NCBI GenBank assembly: GCA_964610305.1
Contig: CAZSVL010000006.1
Coordinates: forward strand, 13,973 to 77,972
Length of the DNA stretch: 64,000 nucleotides
From: an uncultured Gammaproteobacteria bacterium
GTDB taxonomy: Bacteria > Patescibacteriota > Patescibacteriia > Magasanikbacterales > JBBTXJ01
Direction: 5' to 3'
A model generated the notes under the pieces. The model made no database searches. It had not been told where the DNA came from and saw only the letters and a list, made by a program, of their open reading frames with translations. The stretch's first letter is position 1. Each line of letters starts with the position of its first letter. The position numbers and the translations under genes were made by a program. Below, piece by piece: positions 49,497-59,419 of the stretch.

Positions 49497-49596
49497 GTAT
49501 CCTCCGTTTTTTTGCTAAGCTGAGTTGTTTTTTATCGCTACCATACTAGCGTAGCATGTTTTTTTAGCACGAATCAAGAAATTTGTCAATAGTAAT

Positions 49597-50781
49597 TTAT
49601 TTTTGTTCAGGTGACATTTTTGCAATTGAAAAACTATTAAAGATTTTTACCATTTTATTTTTTTGCAACGCTAGTGGTTGCATGACCGGCTTTACTACGT
49701 CTGACGGAATATTTTTTTCAATGCCTGAGTCGTGTATGTAAAATTGTGTAAGCTCATCAATGTCAGAGGTGATGTGATCAACTTTATTTTTTATATGCTT
49801 TTGTGCGTTGGCCCATTTTTCTTCAGAAATGGTCTTGCCGGTGTCTTTTAGAAGGTTACAGATTTTTTGGTGTGTCTGCTTTGTTTGCTCAGGCGAGCAT
49901 GCAATGCCAATGTTTATAAAACCTACGTTGTGCCAACTGTGGGATGTGACAAACATATCGTAAATATCAGAGCTACCGTCTCTAAGAGTATTCTGGTATT
50001 CAGAGAAAATGTGGCAGATGGGCTCATGAAGAAAGCGGAGTGCATTGTTTAAGCCAAAACCTTTTAATGTCACATATAAAAAACTTTCTTGCCAAAATCC
50101 GTTCATGCTTGTGTGTGATGGAATGTACGTGATGAGCGGGTATGTTGGCAGTTTCCCTACGGGGAGGCTAGCAAAAGCCCTATCAATGGCTAAAGCAAGT
50201 TGTTTTTTTTCTGGGATATCACCTACGGCAATAAGGGTTAGGCGTGTTTTTTTTAGGATGTTTTTTAGTGTCTTTGCTAGCACATTTTGACTAGCGGCTT
50301 CTAGATTTTCATCAACATGACTGGTGGGTGTTGAGTATGGCTTGTTGAGCGTTTCTTCATCATAATCCTCCATGAGAATTTCAAAAGGGTTGCGTTGGTG
50401 GGTACGCCTCTCGTTTCGCATGGCGTTCACTTCTTTTCTTACAGAATTTCTTTCAAAAAGATCAGGGTTTTCTTTGCTAAAAAGATGGCCAAGATCATCT
50501 ATAATTTTTTCACATTGCAGAGACGGAATATTGCTAAACTCTATTGTCATGTATTCACGATACGTATGACCGTTTATGTCTATTTCTGTTTGAGAATTTC
50601 CTTGCTGAAGGCTTTTAACCAATAGGTGTTCTATTAAGTGATGAAGACCGTTATAACCTGGCGGGTCAAAAACAGAGCCGGCACCGTCTATTTTTAGTAC
50701 CAGATTTGCGTTGGTTGCATCAGAGAGACGGTGCGCTATTAGCTTAATTCCAGATTGAGATAATAAATAGGGAGACTTCAT
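49597..50781 (-). CDS. M16 (pitrilysin/insulinase) family zinc peptidase-like protein, single domain
   Basis: HHLIEH inverted zinc-binding HxxEH motif near the N-terminus. Confidence 0.55.
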   Translation of the reverse strand: MKSPYLLSQSGIKLIAHRLSDATNANLVLKIDGAGSVFDPPGYNGLHHLIEHLLVKSLQQGNSQTEIDINGHTYREYMTIEFSNIPSLQCEKIIDDLGHLFSKENPDLFERNSVRKEVNAMRNERRTHQRNPFEILMEDYDEETLNKPYSTPTSHVDENLEAASQNVLAKTLKNILKKTRLTLIAVGDIPEKKQLALAIDRAFASLPVGKLPTYPLITYIPSHTSMNGFWQESFLYVTLKGFGLNNALRFLHEPICHIFSEYQNTLRDGSSDIYDMFVTSHSWHNVGFINIGIACSPEQTKQTHQKICNLLKDTGKTISEEKWANAQKHIKNKVDHITSDIDELTQFYIHDSGIEKNIPSDVVKPVMQPLALQKNKMVKIFNSFSIAKMSPEQK

Positions 50782-50895
50782 TGATTAAAACGTATCACTT
50801 TATTGAGAGCATTTCAAGCTTTTAAACAAAAAAAAGGGGGTGTGCTCGCTAGCACATCCCCAAAAAAAGGGGTGCCTCAGGCGCACCCGGGCGCG

Positions 50896-51066
50896 CTACT
50901 TGGGAACGCGCGTGCCCCTTGTGCCTCTGGACTTGGATCCAGAAGACTTGTTCACGTTGTGCTGGCCCTTGTAGCCAGTACCGGGAACGGGGTTGTTTCT
51001 GCCTTTAGAGCCAGAGTAGCCGCCAGTCTTGCCGCTATTGCCTCCGCTCTTTCCGCTGGAACCCAT
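50896..51066 (-). CDS. Small Gly/Ser/Lys-rich protein (56 aa), absent from the ORF track (<60 aa)
   Basis: GGAGGTGA RBS 5 nt upstream of the ATG. Followed by two intrinsic terminators (about 50820-50895) on the minus strand. Confidence 0.4.
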   Translation of the reverse strand: MGSSGKSGGNSGKTGGYSGSKGRNNPVPGTGYKGQHNVNKSSGSKSRGTRGTRVPK

Positions 51067-51199
51067 GCTTCACCTCCAGTGTGGATGGGTACTTCCACCG
51101 TATTGGGTTTTTGCTATTGTGTCAAGTTCAACTGTGGATAAATAGGGAGAGCCTTTTTAGATTTTTTAAAAAAAGATCCTCGGTAAGAGGATCATTATG

Positions 51200-52846
51200 T
51201 TATGGGTAGCACTCGCCGTAGGCGCATGCTTGGTCGTCATCGCAGGGGCTGTTGCAATCGCCGCAATGTGTTGTGTCAAACATGAGGTTGGCACAAATAC
51301 TGCCTTGCGGACCGCGATCATCGGGGCACAGCGCCATGTCTAGGTCTTCATCGCATTCCATGCAAGAGGCCTCTAGCGCTTCTTCCCAATCGCCAAATTC
51401 AGAGCTGCAGCCAAGTTCTGGTTGACTATCAACGCAGCTTTCATCGCATTGGCCACAATTTTCTGGGTCAAAGGGGTGGACGCACTGTCCATCACACTCC
51501 AGAATACACTCGCACTCGCCCTGATTACAATTTTTATCGGGGTCGCATTCTAAGCCGCATTCCCCGCAGTTTTCAATGTTGTTGCTCAGATTCCTGCAGG
51601 TGCCATCGCACACAACACATTGTCCATCGCACGGAACTTCTTCGCCAAAGTCGTTGAAGTATGTTTCGCAGCCGCATTCAATGCCATTTACGCATTGCGT
51701 GCGATCGGGGCAAATATTGCCGCAGCGTCCACAGTTTTGTTCGTCGCTGGGCCAACACTGTCCTCCGCAGACAATACAGTTGCCATTACAGTCGTTTCTG
51801 AAAACGTCTGTTACGCACTCGCAATTACCTTCTATGCATCGCTCAAAGGCTTCGCATTGCACACCGCAACCACCACAGTTTTGGTGGTCTGTGGAAAGAT
51901 TTAGGCATTCGCCGCTGCATGCGGTTTCGCCTTCCACTCTGCATCTACACACGGAGTTTACGCACTCGACGTTCTGCGGGCATCTGTTGCCGCAGGCTCC
52001 ACAGTTATCTTCATCGCGTCCGATACGAACACATGCATCTTGTCCATCTACAGAGCAGACAATCGTGTTATCTCCTTCGCACTCGCTGCAGGAGCCGTTA
52101 GCACATTGAATATCACCTAGGCACGTGTTGTTACACTCTCCGCAATGCTCATTAGAGGTAAGATCAAATTCTTCATCTACCTCTCCATCGCAGTCATCAT
52201 CTTGATTATTGCACAGCTCTGGCGCATCAGGATAAGCGTCTGCGCTATTGTCATTGCAGTCTTCTCCGCCACATACGCGTGGGGGGTGATCATCTGCGTC
52301 TCCATCTAAGACACTGAATATGCAGGTACGAGAACTCTCTTCACAAACTCCCACTTGGCATGCGTCTTCGATAGCGCAATCTTCACTTGTTCTGCACGGA
52401 TCAGCCACTTTGCAACCCTCTAGGGGGTGACAAGCTTCTTGATCGGGACAGCGGGCGTGAACCGGAGTAATCAGGCATCCACCTACGGGGTCACAGCGCT
52501 CATCTGTGCACTCTAGGCTGTCAGAGCAGTCTAGCTGCTCTCCGGCCACGCACATGCATGCAACACACGTTTCCTCTCCGTTGCACACCGTTTCATCAAC
52601 GCAGTCTGCGTTTTCTTCACATTCGCATGGCAGCGCTTCGCCTTCACCCTCGCCTTCAGTTGGGATTTCTCCTTCTCCTTCGGCGATAGCTTCTCCCTCA
52701 CCCTCAGCGATTATCTCGCCTTCACCTTCAGAAGAGATCTCGTCCTCTCCCTCACCTTCTCCAACAATGCTTCCGTTGGGGAATTTTTCGGGATCAGAGC
52801 TGCTGCAGGCTGCCAGAGCAATACTCAGCAGAGTAAGTGTTCTCAT
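51200..52846 (-). CDS. Secreted acidic cysteine-rich repeat protein (GEGEGE tracts, CGxCGxxC repeats, MopE-like motif)
   Basis: Signal peptide with lipobox-like AACSS. Repeated NCGxCGxxCxxxxxCxxGxC units. GGEDCNDNSADAYPDAPELCNNQDDDCDGEVDE. Confidence 0.55.
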   Translation of the reverse strand: MRTLTLLSIALAACSSSDPEKFPNGSIVGEGEGEDEISSEGEGEIIAEGEGEAIAEGEGEIPTEGEGEGEALPCECEENADCVDETVCNGEETCVACMCVAGEQLDCSDSLECTDERCDPVGGCLITPVHARCPDQEACHPLEGCKVADPCRTSEDCAIEDACQVGVCEESSRTCIFSVLDGDADDHPPRVCGGEDCNDNSADAYPDAPELCNNQDDDCDGEVDEEFDLTSNEHCGECNNTCLGDIQCANGSCSECEGDNTIVCSVDGQDACVRIGRDEDNCGACGNRCPQNVECVNSVCRCRVEGETACSGECLNLSTDHQNCGGCGVQCEAFERCIEGNCECVTDVFRNDCNGNCIVCGGQCWPSDEQNCGRCGNICPDRTQCVNGIECGCETYFNDFGEEVPCDGQCVVCDGTCRNLSNNIENCGECGLECDPDKNCNQGECECILECDGQCVHPFDPENCGQCDESCVDSQPELGCSSEFGDWEEALEASCMECDEDLDMALCPDDRGPQGSICANLMFDTTHCGDCNSPCDDDQACAYGECYP

Positions 52847-52855
52847 CTCTCTCCC

Positions 52856-53905
52856 TTAGCTGCAGCGTCCGTCTGTGCAACGCGTGCCTTGGGGGCATCG
52901 GTTGTTGCACTGTCGGCAGTGTTCATTGGTTGAGCGCCAGTCAAAACATTCGCCATTGCAGAAAATATCGTCATCGCCTCGGCACCGACACTCTCCAGCC
53001 ACACACCGTACAAGCGGAGCCTGGCAAACGTTGCCGCACCGCCCACAATCATTAAAGCTAATCTGCAGATCAACGCAGAACTGGCCGCAGTCTGTATGAG
53101 TTTCTTCAACGCACTGACAATTTCCGCCGTAGCAGTGAAGGTGAGCATCGCACTCTGTGTTGCACGCTCCGCAATGTCGCGCAGATGAATCAAAGTCAAA
53201 ACCTTCATCAATCTGGCCATCGCAGTCATCATCTAGCTCATTGCAGCGTTCGGGGGCCTCAGGGTAGATTTCATGGTCATCGTCCCCGCAATCCTGACCA
53301 CCACAGGCAAGAGAGGCAAAGGTGTCATTGTCAGAATCTACCAAACGGTACTCGCACGTGCCCGTTTCCAGGTTGCACATGCCGGTCTGACACGGATCTT
53401 CAGAATCGCAGTCATCATTGCTAAGACACGGCGGTCTTCCTTGGCAATCCTGCTGCACATCGCAGATTTCATGCTCAGAGCACCATTCATGCCGGGGAAC
53501 GTAATCACACTGGCCGTCTGCTGGATCGCAAACGCCTTGCGTGCAGCCTACGCCATCATCAGGGCAGATAAAAGGTTCGCTTCTCTGACAGACGCATTGG
53601 TTGCATACTTCAATGCCATTGCAAATGTTGCCATCCTGGCAATCTTCATCTGTTAGGCAGGGGCACGGAGCCTCTTCTCCCTCACCTTCTCCTTCAGAGG
53701 GGTTAAGCGGGTCGTTTCCTTCAACTTCTCCTTCACGCGGATCAGATGCCCTATCACCCTCTCCTGATATATCGTCACCGTCCCCCTCTTGCTCAGAAAT
53801 AGCAGGAGGAGCTTCATCTTGGTCTTCAACTGACTCTTCAGGAATGGGGGTAGGGTTACTGCCGCAGCCGAGCGCAAACATGATAAAAAGACCGATAAAT
53901 CTCAT
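52856..53905 (-). CDS. Secreted cysteine-rich repeat lipoprotein, paralog-like of 51200..52846
   Basis: LGCGS lipobox. CGGQDCGDDDHEIYPEAPERCNELDDDCDGQIDE. CGxCNxxC repeats. Confidence 0.55.
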   Translation of the reverse strand: MRFIGLFIMFALGCGSNPTPIPEESVEDQDEAPPAISEQEGDGDDISGEGDRASDPREGEVEGNDPLNPSEGEGEGEEAPCPCLTDEDCQDGNICNGIEVCNQCVCQRSEPFICPDDGVGCTQGVCDPADGQCDYVPRHEWCSEHEICDVQQDCQGRPPCLSNDDCDSEDPCQTGMCNLETGTCEYRLVDSDNDTFASLACGGQDCGDDDHEIYPEAPERCNELDDDCDGQIDEGFDFDSSARHCGACNTECDAHLHCYGGNCQCVEETHTDCGQFCVDLQISFNDCGRCGNVCQAPLVRCVAGECRCRGDDDIFCNGECFDWRSTNEHCRQCNNRCPQGTRCTDGRCS

Positions 53906-54032
53906 GGTTTCCTCCTTTGCTATAAGCTATCACGCGATAGGGTAAATGTCAACCGTATGAGGGTAATATACCCACATAATCATCTTAGCAAAAACGTGCT
54001 ATACTATATCTATATTATTAACGTGCGAAGAC

Positions 54033-56861
54033 ATGCTCGCACGCTTTGTGCATACCTCAGGATGGATAAAACAACAATGGGAAACGCCGTGGGTACGGCG
54101 GGTCTTTTTGGTTTTTATTTTTTCTTTTATTGCTTCTTTGGCAGTGTTTCTTCCGGCAAACGCAATAGGACCAACCTTGGATGATGTAACGGGATGGTTG
54201 GCCAAAACAGTATTTACTTTTGCTAGTTTTTTGGTTGGAATTTTAGCGTGGCTTATCTCTGCGCTTATTACCGTGGCGCAATACAATAATTTTATCCATG
54301 ATGAGGGGGTAATAATTGGCTGGACACTGGTAAGAGATATTGCCAACATGTTTTTTGTGGTGGTATTGCTGGTTATTGCATTTGGAACCATCTTAGGAAG
54401 AGACAGCTATCACATGAAAAATACGCTGGGTCGCTTTGTGGCTACAGCAATACTCATAAACTTTAGCCGATTGTTTTTGGGCATCATGATAGATTTGGTT
54501 CAGGTAATCATGATGACGTTTGTAAATGCTATTGCTCAGGTGGGTGCTGGAAACTTTGTTCAGGCTTTTAAAGTTAATGATGCTTTTAGAGTGGCGCAAC
54601 AGGTGAGTGGTTCGGCTGGAGACATGCTGATTACGGCAATATTGTCTGTCATATTGATAGCTATGGCTGTGTACGCTATTGGTCAGTTTGCCCTTCTTTT
54701 GATATATCGTATGGCAACTCTTTGGGTGCTTATTGTTATGTCTCCTATAGCTTTTTTGCTGGGGGCTATTCCATCTAAGAGCATGGGGTTTGATAGTTAT
54801 TACCAAGAGTGGTGGGGATACCTTAAAGGTAACTTGCTCATTGGTCCGGTTGCTGCTTTCTTTATATGGCTTGCGCTTGCCATGGTGGGAGATGGAAATA
54901 TTTTCACAAAAATTACTAGTGAGGCTGGCTCTGACACCGCAGAGGCAGCAGTCACGCTTAACAGGCCGGAATCTGGTATTACAGACAGCGCAATTTCAAG
55001 CATAGAGAATCTGTCCGGTTTTCTTATTGCTTTTGCTGTATTTATGGTGGCGCTGGATATGACAAAAAAAGTAGCAAGCACCATGGGTGGAGGTGGAGGA
55101 GACTGGATAACAAGCAAGACCAGTAGCATGGCTAACAATATCAAGTCTGGCAATTTAAGAGGGCTAGTAGAAGATATTCCTATTGCAGGAAAGGCAGCAA
55201 CTGCCACCTATGATGCTGCAGCAAAACCATTTAAAGAAGTGTACGGGGCTTATGCAGAGGAACACGGTTTGGCTGCTAAGTACTCAAGTGGCGTTAATAA
55301 GGGGGTTGACGCTGTTGCTGCTAGGGTGGGAACACAAGCAACCAGGGATACGGCAAGGGGCAGGATAGCCTCTAGAGCAGCAGATAAACGAGGAAAGCGT
55401 GAGGAAGCGCTTGGCTCGTCAACCAGTCAGGAACTGCGCCAGTCTTGGAATAACGCCAGCCCTGTAGATAGAGTAGCCATGGCCAAGATAATGCTGGAGC
55501 GTAAGGATCAAATGAGTCCAGAACGTCTAGAGCAAGCGCGAGCCTCTGCAGAGAGAATAGGAGACACTAAAGGGGCACGAGATCTTATGAGCTTGGCAGG
55601 TCAAAATGCTGCACATGCAGCTGCTCAGGATAACTTGGATTCAGTAGATCAAGCGGCAGAATTTCTCAATAGAAAAGACATTAATCAAAACAGTTTTGAT
55701 TCCAATCACCTTACTGATACTCAGATGGATAATGTGGTTCAGGCCACATTGCAGGAGCGTGGCACTGAAGGTTTGAAGGATTTGACCACCAAGTCTGAGC
55801 TGCGCAGAACCAGAGACAACTACAATGATAGAATGCCATCTTTGGTAGCGCAGTCAGTAGAAGGGGCGGCGGGTAGTCAGGAACAGATTGCGCAATTGGA
55901 TGCGCAGATTTTGACAGCAGAACAAAATGTACAAGATCTAGATAGGGGAGAGCAGGCGGGCAGAGGACCTGAGCAGCTTGCCGCAGAGCAGGCTAATTTG
56001 CGCCAATTTCGGGATCGGCGAAGAGAGTTGCACAGCCAAGCAGAGGCGCCGGTTGAAATTGCAATGGTGCATGCGCAGAATACCGGAAGACCAGATCTGT
56101 CAGTCGGTAGTTTAAGTGGTCGGCCAAGAGAGGTGGTTCTAGATCACCTTGTGAGAGATTTGAAACCAAATACTATAAATAGAGAAGCAATCAATCAGGA
56201 GGTTTTGGGATCAGCACGCAGGGTGTATGGTGGGAAAATGGGAGACTGGATTAAGAAATTAAATCCAGAACAGGCAACAGCTGTTTCAGATGCCGCTGAT
56301 AGAATTGAAATTGCAGATCCACGAACAACCAGAAATGAAGCAGAAGCAAAGATACTCCTAAGAGGAGACTTTACCGGACTTGAGAGCAGAGATGATTCTG
56401 GAGCTATTATGGACGGTGCGGTTTCAGATATGAGTTCTAAGCAGATGGCAAAGGTAAGACTTGATACGCTTCAGGGAGGTAATATGGAGGCCTTCTTAAA
56501 TGCCATTAGATCTAACCCTAGAGCGGTTCGTGGTCTCAATAAAGTAGATGGCGTAAGTCAGGCGCTTTTGGACCGCATTGAAGTAGAGGTCAATAACAAC
56601 TATAATAGAGATTCAGAGGGGTGGGGTGAACTTAAAAGCACTACAGACTCCTGGGAGAGTCCGTTGGGCAATCAAATACGCGCTGCTGCCCAAGAAGCTG
56701 CTGATGCAGCTGCGGCAGCTGCAGCAGAGGCAGCGGCCGCACAGCAGTCAGCTGCGCAACAAGCCGATGATCAGGCACGAATGGCGGGCATGGGAGGTGG
56801 GGATTTTGATGATGTTGATCTGGGAGCAGGCGATGGAGATGACTTGGAGTTAGACGTCTAA
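54033..56861 (+). CDS. VirB6/TrbL-like polytopic membrane protein with long C-terminal coiled-coil/acidic extension
   Basis: Signal-like N-terminus, then about 6 TM helices. Sits upstream of a VirB4 ATPase. No strong sequence motif, so identity is tentative. Confidence 0.4.
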   Translation: MLARFVHTSGWIKQQWETPWVRRVFLVFIFSFIASLAVFLPANAIGPTLDDVTGWLAKTVFTFASFLVGILAWLISALITVAQYNNFIHDEGVIIGWTLVRDIANMFFVVVLLVIAFGTILGRDSYHMKNTLGRFVATAILINFSRLFLGIMIDLVQVIMMTFVNAIAQVGAGNFVQAFKVNDAFRVAQQVSGSAGDMLITAILSVILIAMAVYAIGQFALLLIYRMATLWVLIVMSPIAFLLGAIPSKSMGFDSYYQEWWGYLKGNLLIGPVAAFFIWLALAMVGDGNIFTKITSEAGSDTAEAAVTLNRPESGITDSAISSIENLSGFLIAFAVFMVALDMTKKVASTMGGGGGDWITSKTSSMANNIKSGNLRGLVEDIPIAGKAATATYDAAAKPFKEVYGAYAEEHGLAAKYSSGVNKGVDAVAARVGTQATRDTARGRIASRAADKRGKREEALGSSTSQELRQSWNNASPVDRVAMAKIMLERKDQMSPERLEQARASAERIGDTKGARDLMSLAGQNAAHAAAQDNLDSVDQAAEFLNRKDINQNSFDSNHLTDTQMDNVVQATLQERGTEGLKDLTTKSELRRTRDNYNDRMPSLVAQSVEGAAGSQEQIAQLDAQILTAEQNVQDLDRGEQAGRGPEQLAAEQANLRQFRDRRRELHSQAEAPVEIAMVHAQNTGRPDLSVGSLSGRPREVVLDHLVRDLKPNTINREAINQEVLGSARRVYGGKMGDWIKKLNPEQATAVSDAADRIEIADPRTTRNEAEAKILLRGDFTGLESRDDSGAIMDGAVSDMSSKQMAKVRLDTLQGGNMEAFLNAIRSNPRAVRGLNKVDGVSQALLDRIEVEVNNNYNRDSEGWGELKSTTDSWESPLGNQIRAAAQEAADAAAAAAAEAAAAQQSAAQQADDQARMAGMGGGDFDDVDLGAGDGDDLELDV

Positions 56862-56883
56862 ACCAAAGGTCCCTTGTTACTAT

Positions 56884-58272
56884 ATGATTTTATTAACAGC
56901 AACAGAAACAAAGAAAATTCTGCGCCAAGCAGATGACAGAAAAGCTGAGCTTGTAGAGCAAAAGCTTATTCCTATGGTTACCAAGGCGCTAGGGGCTTAT
57001 TATGATGATAAGGCCACGGTTTTGTCCGTTGGGAGGCTTTTTGGTATGGCTGTTTTAGGTGGTGCAAAATATTTAAGGAATGTACCGCAAGAACTCATTG
57101 AAGGATTTGGAACCAATGAAGATTTTGCTTATACCATCTCAGACAAAATTGTAGAGCAGTTTGAAAAGGAATTTGAAGCGTTTGTGGGCAGTGTAAGCGC
57201 CATTAGGATTCCGTGGAGGTCAAAGATAAAGCCGGAATTGTTGAGTGCTAAGAGCGAGAAAAAGGAAAGCAAGGCTATAGCTGCTAAGCCCAAAGTAAAA
57301 GAAGTGGCAACTAGTCCTAAGGTGGTACGGGCGGCACAAACGCCTCCTGCTCCAGCTAAGGTTGCCCCCCGCGCCCCAGCAAAGCCATCACAACATCGCA
57401 GACATCACGGAGAGGATCAAGATGAGCTGTCAACTCATAAAAAAGCAGGGACAGATCATTCAAACGGACATTCAAGGCTAGAAAAACGCGTGGCTATGAT
57501 AGAACAGCTCTCAGGTCTTCATTTTGATGATGTCTCAAAAGAGCAGCGTTTTAGAACCATTGTGAGGCCTGCACTTAAAGGGATAAAACGACCATCAGAT
57601 ACGTCCCGATTACTGGGACTAGCTGCAGATCAGGGTGGAATGGGGCTGTCTAGGCAAAAAGTGGCAGAAGTGGCCGGTCTTTTAGAACGATTAAGAGCAA
57701 AAGATTTAGAGGTTGCGCATCGCTCGCAATTGCAAAAAAAGCACGAGGCTCAGTTGCCAGTTCCGGTAGATACCAAGGCTCAGCTTCCAAAAAAAATAGA
57801 AAAGCAAGAGGGAAAGAAGAGGATTGATACGCTCATAAAGCAAGACGTGGCAAATCAGTCATTTGATTTTAAAGCAGCGCTGAAAAGTAAGGCAAAAAAG
57901 CCCACCGTAATGCCAAGCAGAAAAATGCATGATGTGGCTGCAAGACCGCTAACCATGGGGCCTGTAGAGGTGCTCCGTAGTCTTAATCTCACTGATTTTA
58001 GAAGATTATCCCCTGTGCCCGGAACGGCCGTAGAAAAAATTAAGGACAAGTTGGGGCTTCTGCGCAAACGCGGTGTGGATCAGTTTGCCTCTGGCCTAAA
58101 GGCCTATCAGGACAGCCCGCTTTATGGAATTTATGTAAAAACGCTGCATCAGAGCCTTAGTGAGGATAGTCAGTTGGATGATGCCGTTTCAACCACCACG
58201 GATGATCCTGACAGATTTACCAAAGAAGAATTTACCGCCGTTATGCAATTAAATAGGGCATTGCAGTTTTAG
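56884..58272 (+). CDS. Hypothetical protein (462 aa), Pro/Ala/Lys-rich middle region
   Basis: ORF in an operon context. Confidence 0.5.
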   Translation: MILLTATETKKILRQADDRKAELVEQKLIPMVTKALGAYYDDKATVLSVGRLFGMAVLGGAKYLRNVPQELIEGFGTNEDFAYTISDKIVEQFEKEFEAFVGSVSAIRIPWRSKIKPELLSAKSEKKESKAIAAKPKVKEVATSPKVVRAAQTPPAPAKVAPRAPAKPSQHRRHHGEDQDELSTHKKAGTDHSNGHSRLEKRVAMIEQLSGLHFDDVSKEQRFRTIVRPALKGIKRPSDTSRLLGLAADQGGMGLSRQKVAEVAGLLERLRAKDLEVAHRSQLQKKHEAQLPVPVDTKAQLPKKIEKQEGKKRIDTLIKQDVANQSFDFKAALKSKAKKPTVMPSRKMHDVAARPLTMGPVEVLRSLNLTDFRRLSPVPGTAVEKIKDKLGLLRKRGVDQFASGLKAYQDSPLYGIYVKTLHQSLSEDSQLDDAVSTTTDDPDRFTKEEFTAVMQLNRALQF

Positions 58273-58275
58273 TCT

Positions 58276-58710
58276 ATGGCCGGAAGATTTACTGTTCCAC
58301 AATTTATAGATGCCGAGCCAAAAATAATGGGGCCGCTTTCTGTTCGTCAGTTTATTGTAATGATTGTTGCGGTGCTCCTGATGTTTGTCTCTTGGAAGCT
58401 GGCAGATCTTGTTCTGGCCGGGTTTTTAATTGCTATTTGGGGAGGTTTGGGTTTGTTGTTTGCATTTGTTAAAATAAATGGACAAATATTTCATATATTT
58501 TTGCTTAGTTTTTTAAGAACAATAAAAAAGCCTAAATTGCGGATTTGGTATAAAGAATATTCAAAGGAAGAGTTGGAGTTTTACACCGCCTCTGCTCCAG
58601 AGCCAATTGTAGAGAAAAAGGCGCGCAAACACATAAGAAAAAGCCGGCTCAATGAGCTATCGCTGGTAGTAAATACGGGTGGCGCATATAATCCAGAGGA
58701 ATATCAATAG
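58276..58710 (+). CDS. Small two-TM protein, possible VirB3/PrgI-like T4SS component
   Basis: Two hydrophobic helices. Positioned immediately upstream of VirB4, as VirB3-like genes are. Confidence 0.35.
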   Translation: MAGRFTVPQFIDAEPKIMGPLSVRQFIVMIVAVLLMFVSWKLADLVLAGFLIAIWGGLGLLFAFVKINGQIFHIFLLSFLRTIKKPKLRIWYKEYSKEELEFYTASAPEPIVEKKARKHIRKSRLNELSLVVNTGGAYNPEEYQ

Positions 58711-58720
58711 GCATTAGTTT

Positions 58721-59419
58721 ATGGGAAAAAAGAAGAAGAAAAAGAGAATTGCGCCATCTACGCAGAAGCATTTAGACATAGCGTCTATTAGAGATGGGGC
58801 GGTTATTATGAAAGATGGTACTCTGCGCGCCGTGCTTTTGGTTTCCAGTATTAACTTTGCTCTTAAGGGTGAAGATGAACAGCAAGGGTTGATTCAAAAT
58901 TACGTAAGCTTTTTAAACACGCTAGAGTTTCCTCTGCAGATAGTTATCCAATCCAGAAGAGCAAACATTGAGCCGTATTTAGATCAGTTAAAGGAGCAAG
59001 AGGCTAAGTTGCCCAATGAGCTGCTTAAAGAGCAAATAAGGGATTATCGCGATTTTGTGTCGGATTTGATAACGCTAGGAGATATCATGCAGAAAAGGTT
59101 TTATGTCGTAGTTATGTATGACCCTATTAGCAACAGGAAGAAGGGGTTTTTTAGTAGTTTGGGAGAAATATTAAAGCCTTCAAAATTGATAAAACTAAAG
59201 CAGAAAGAGTTTGAAGACAGAAAAACGCAGCTTGATCTACGTGTGGGTAAGGTTACTAGTAGTCTGCAGAGCATGGGGCTCAAGTCTGCGCTTCTGGATA
59301 CGCAAGGCCTTATAGAGCTGTATTACAATAGTTATAATCCAACCGTGTCTCAGGCACAGGAACTTGGAGATTTAAAAGAGGTGACGGTAGAGCCCGAGCC
59401 TAAATTAGAAACAGAATGA
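58721..59419 (+). CDS. VirB4/TraC/CagE-family N-terminal domain protein (split from the ATPase domain)
   Basis: LDIASIRDGAVIMKDGTLRAVLLV resembles the VirB4 N-terminal domain. ATGA overlap with the next ORF. Confidence 0.5.
   Translation: MGKKKKKKRIAPSTQKHLDIASIRDGAVIMKDGTLRAVLLVSSINFALKGEDEQQGLIQNYVSFLNTLEFPLQIVIQSRRANIEPYLDQLKEQEAKLPNELLKEQIRDYRDFVSDLITLGDIMQKRFYVVVMYDPISNRKKGFFSSLGEILKPSKLIKLKQKEFEDRKTQLDLRVGKVTSSLQSMGLKSALLDTQGLIELYYNSYNPTVSQAQELGDLKEVTVEPEPKLETE

Noticed and set aside
50803-51141. 112-aa + strand ORF
   Set aside because: Ala/Ser-rich antisense translation of the Gly-rich small gene on the minus strand, which has a proper RBS and terminators.
53957-54184. 75-aa ORF overlapping the start of the VirB6-like gene
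   Set aside because: An alternative frame (Phe/Tyr-rich) inside the signal-peptide region of the long ORF.
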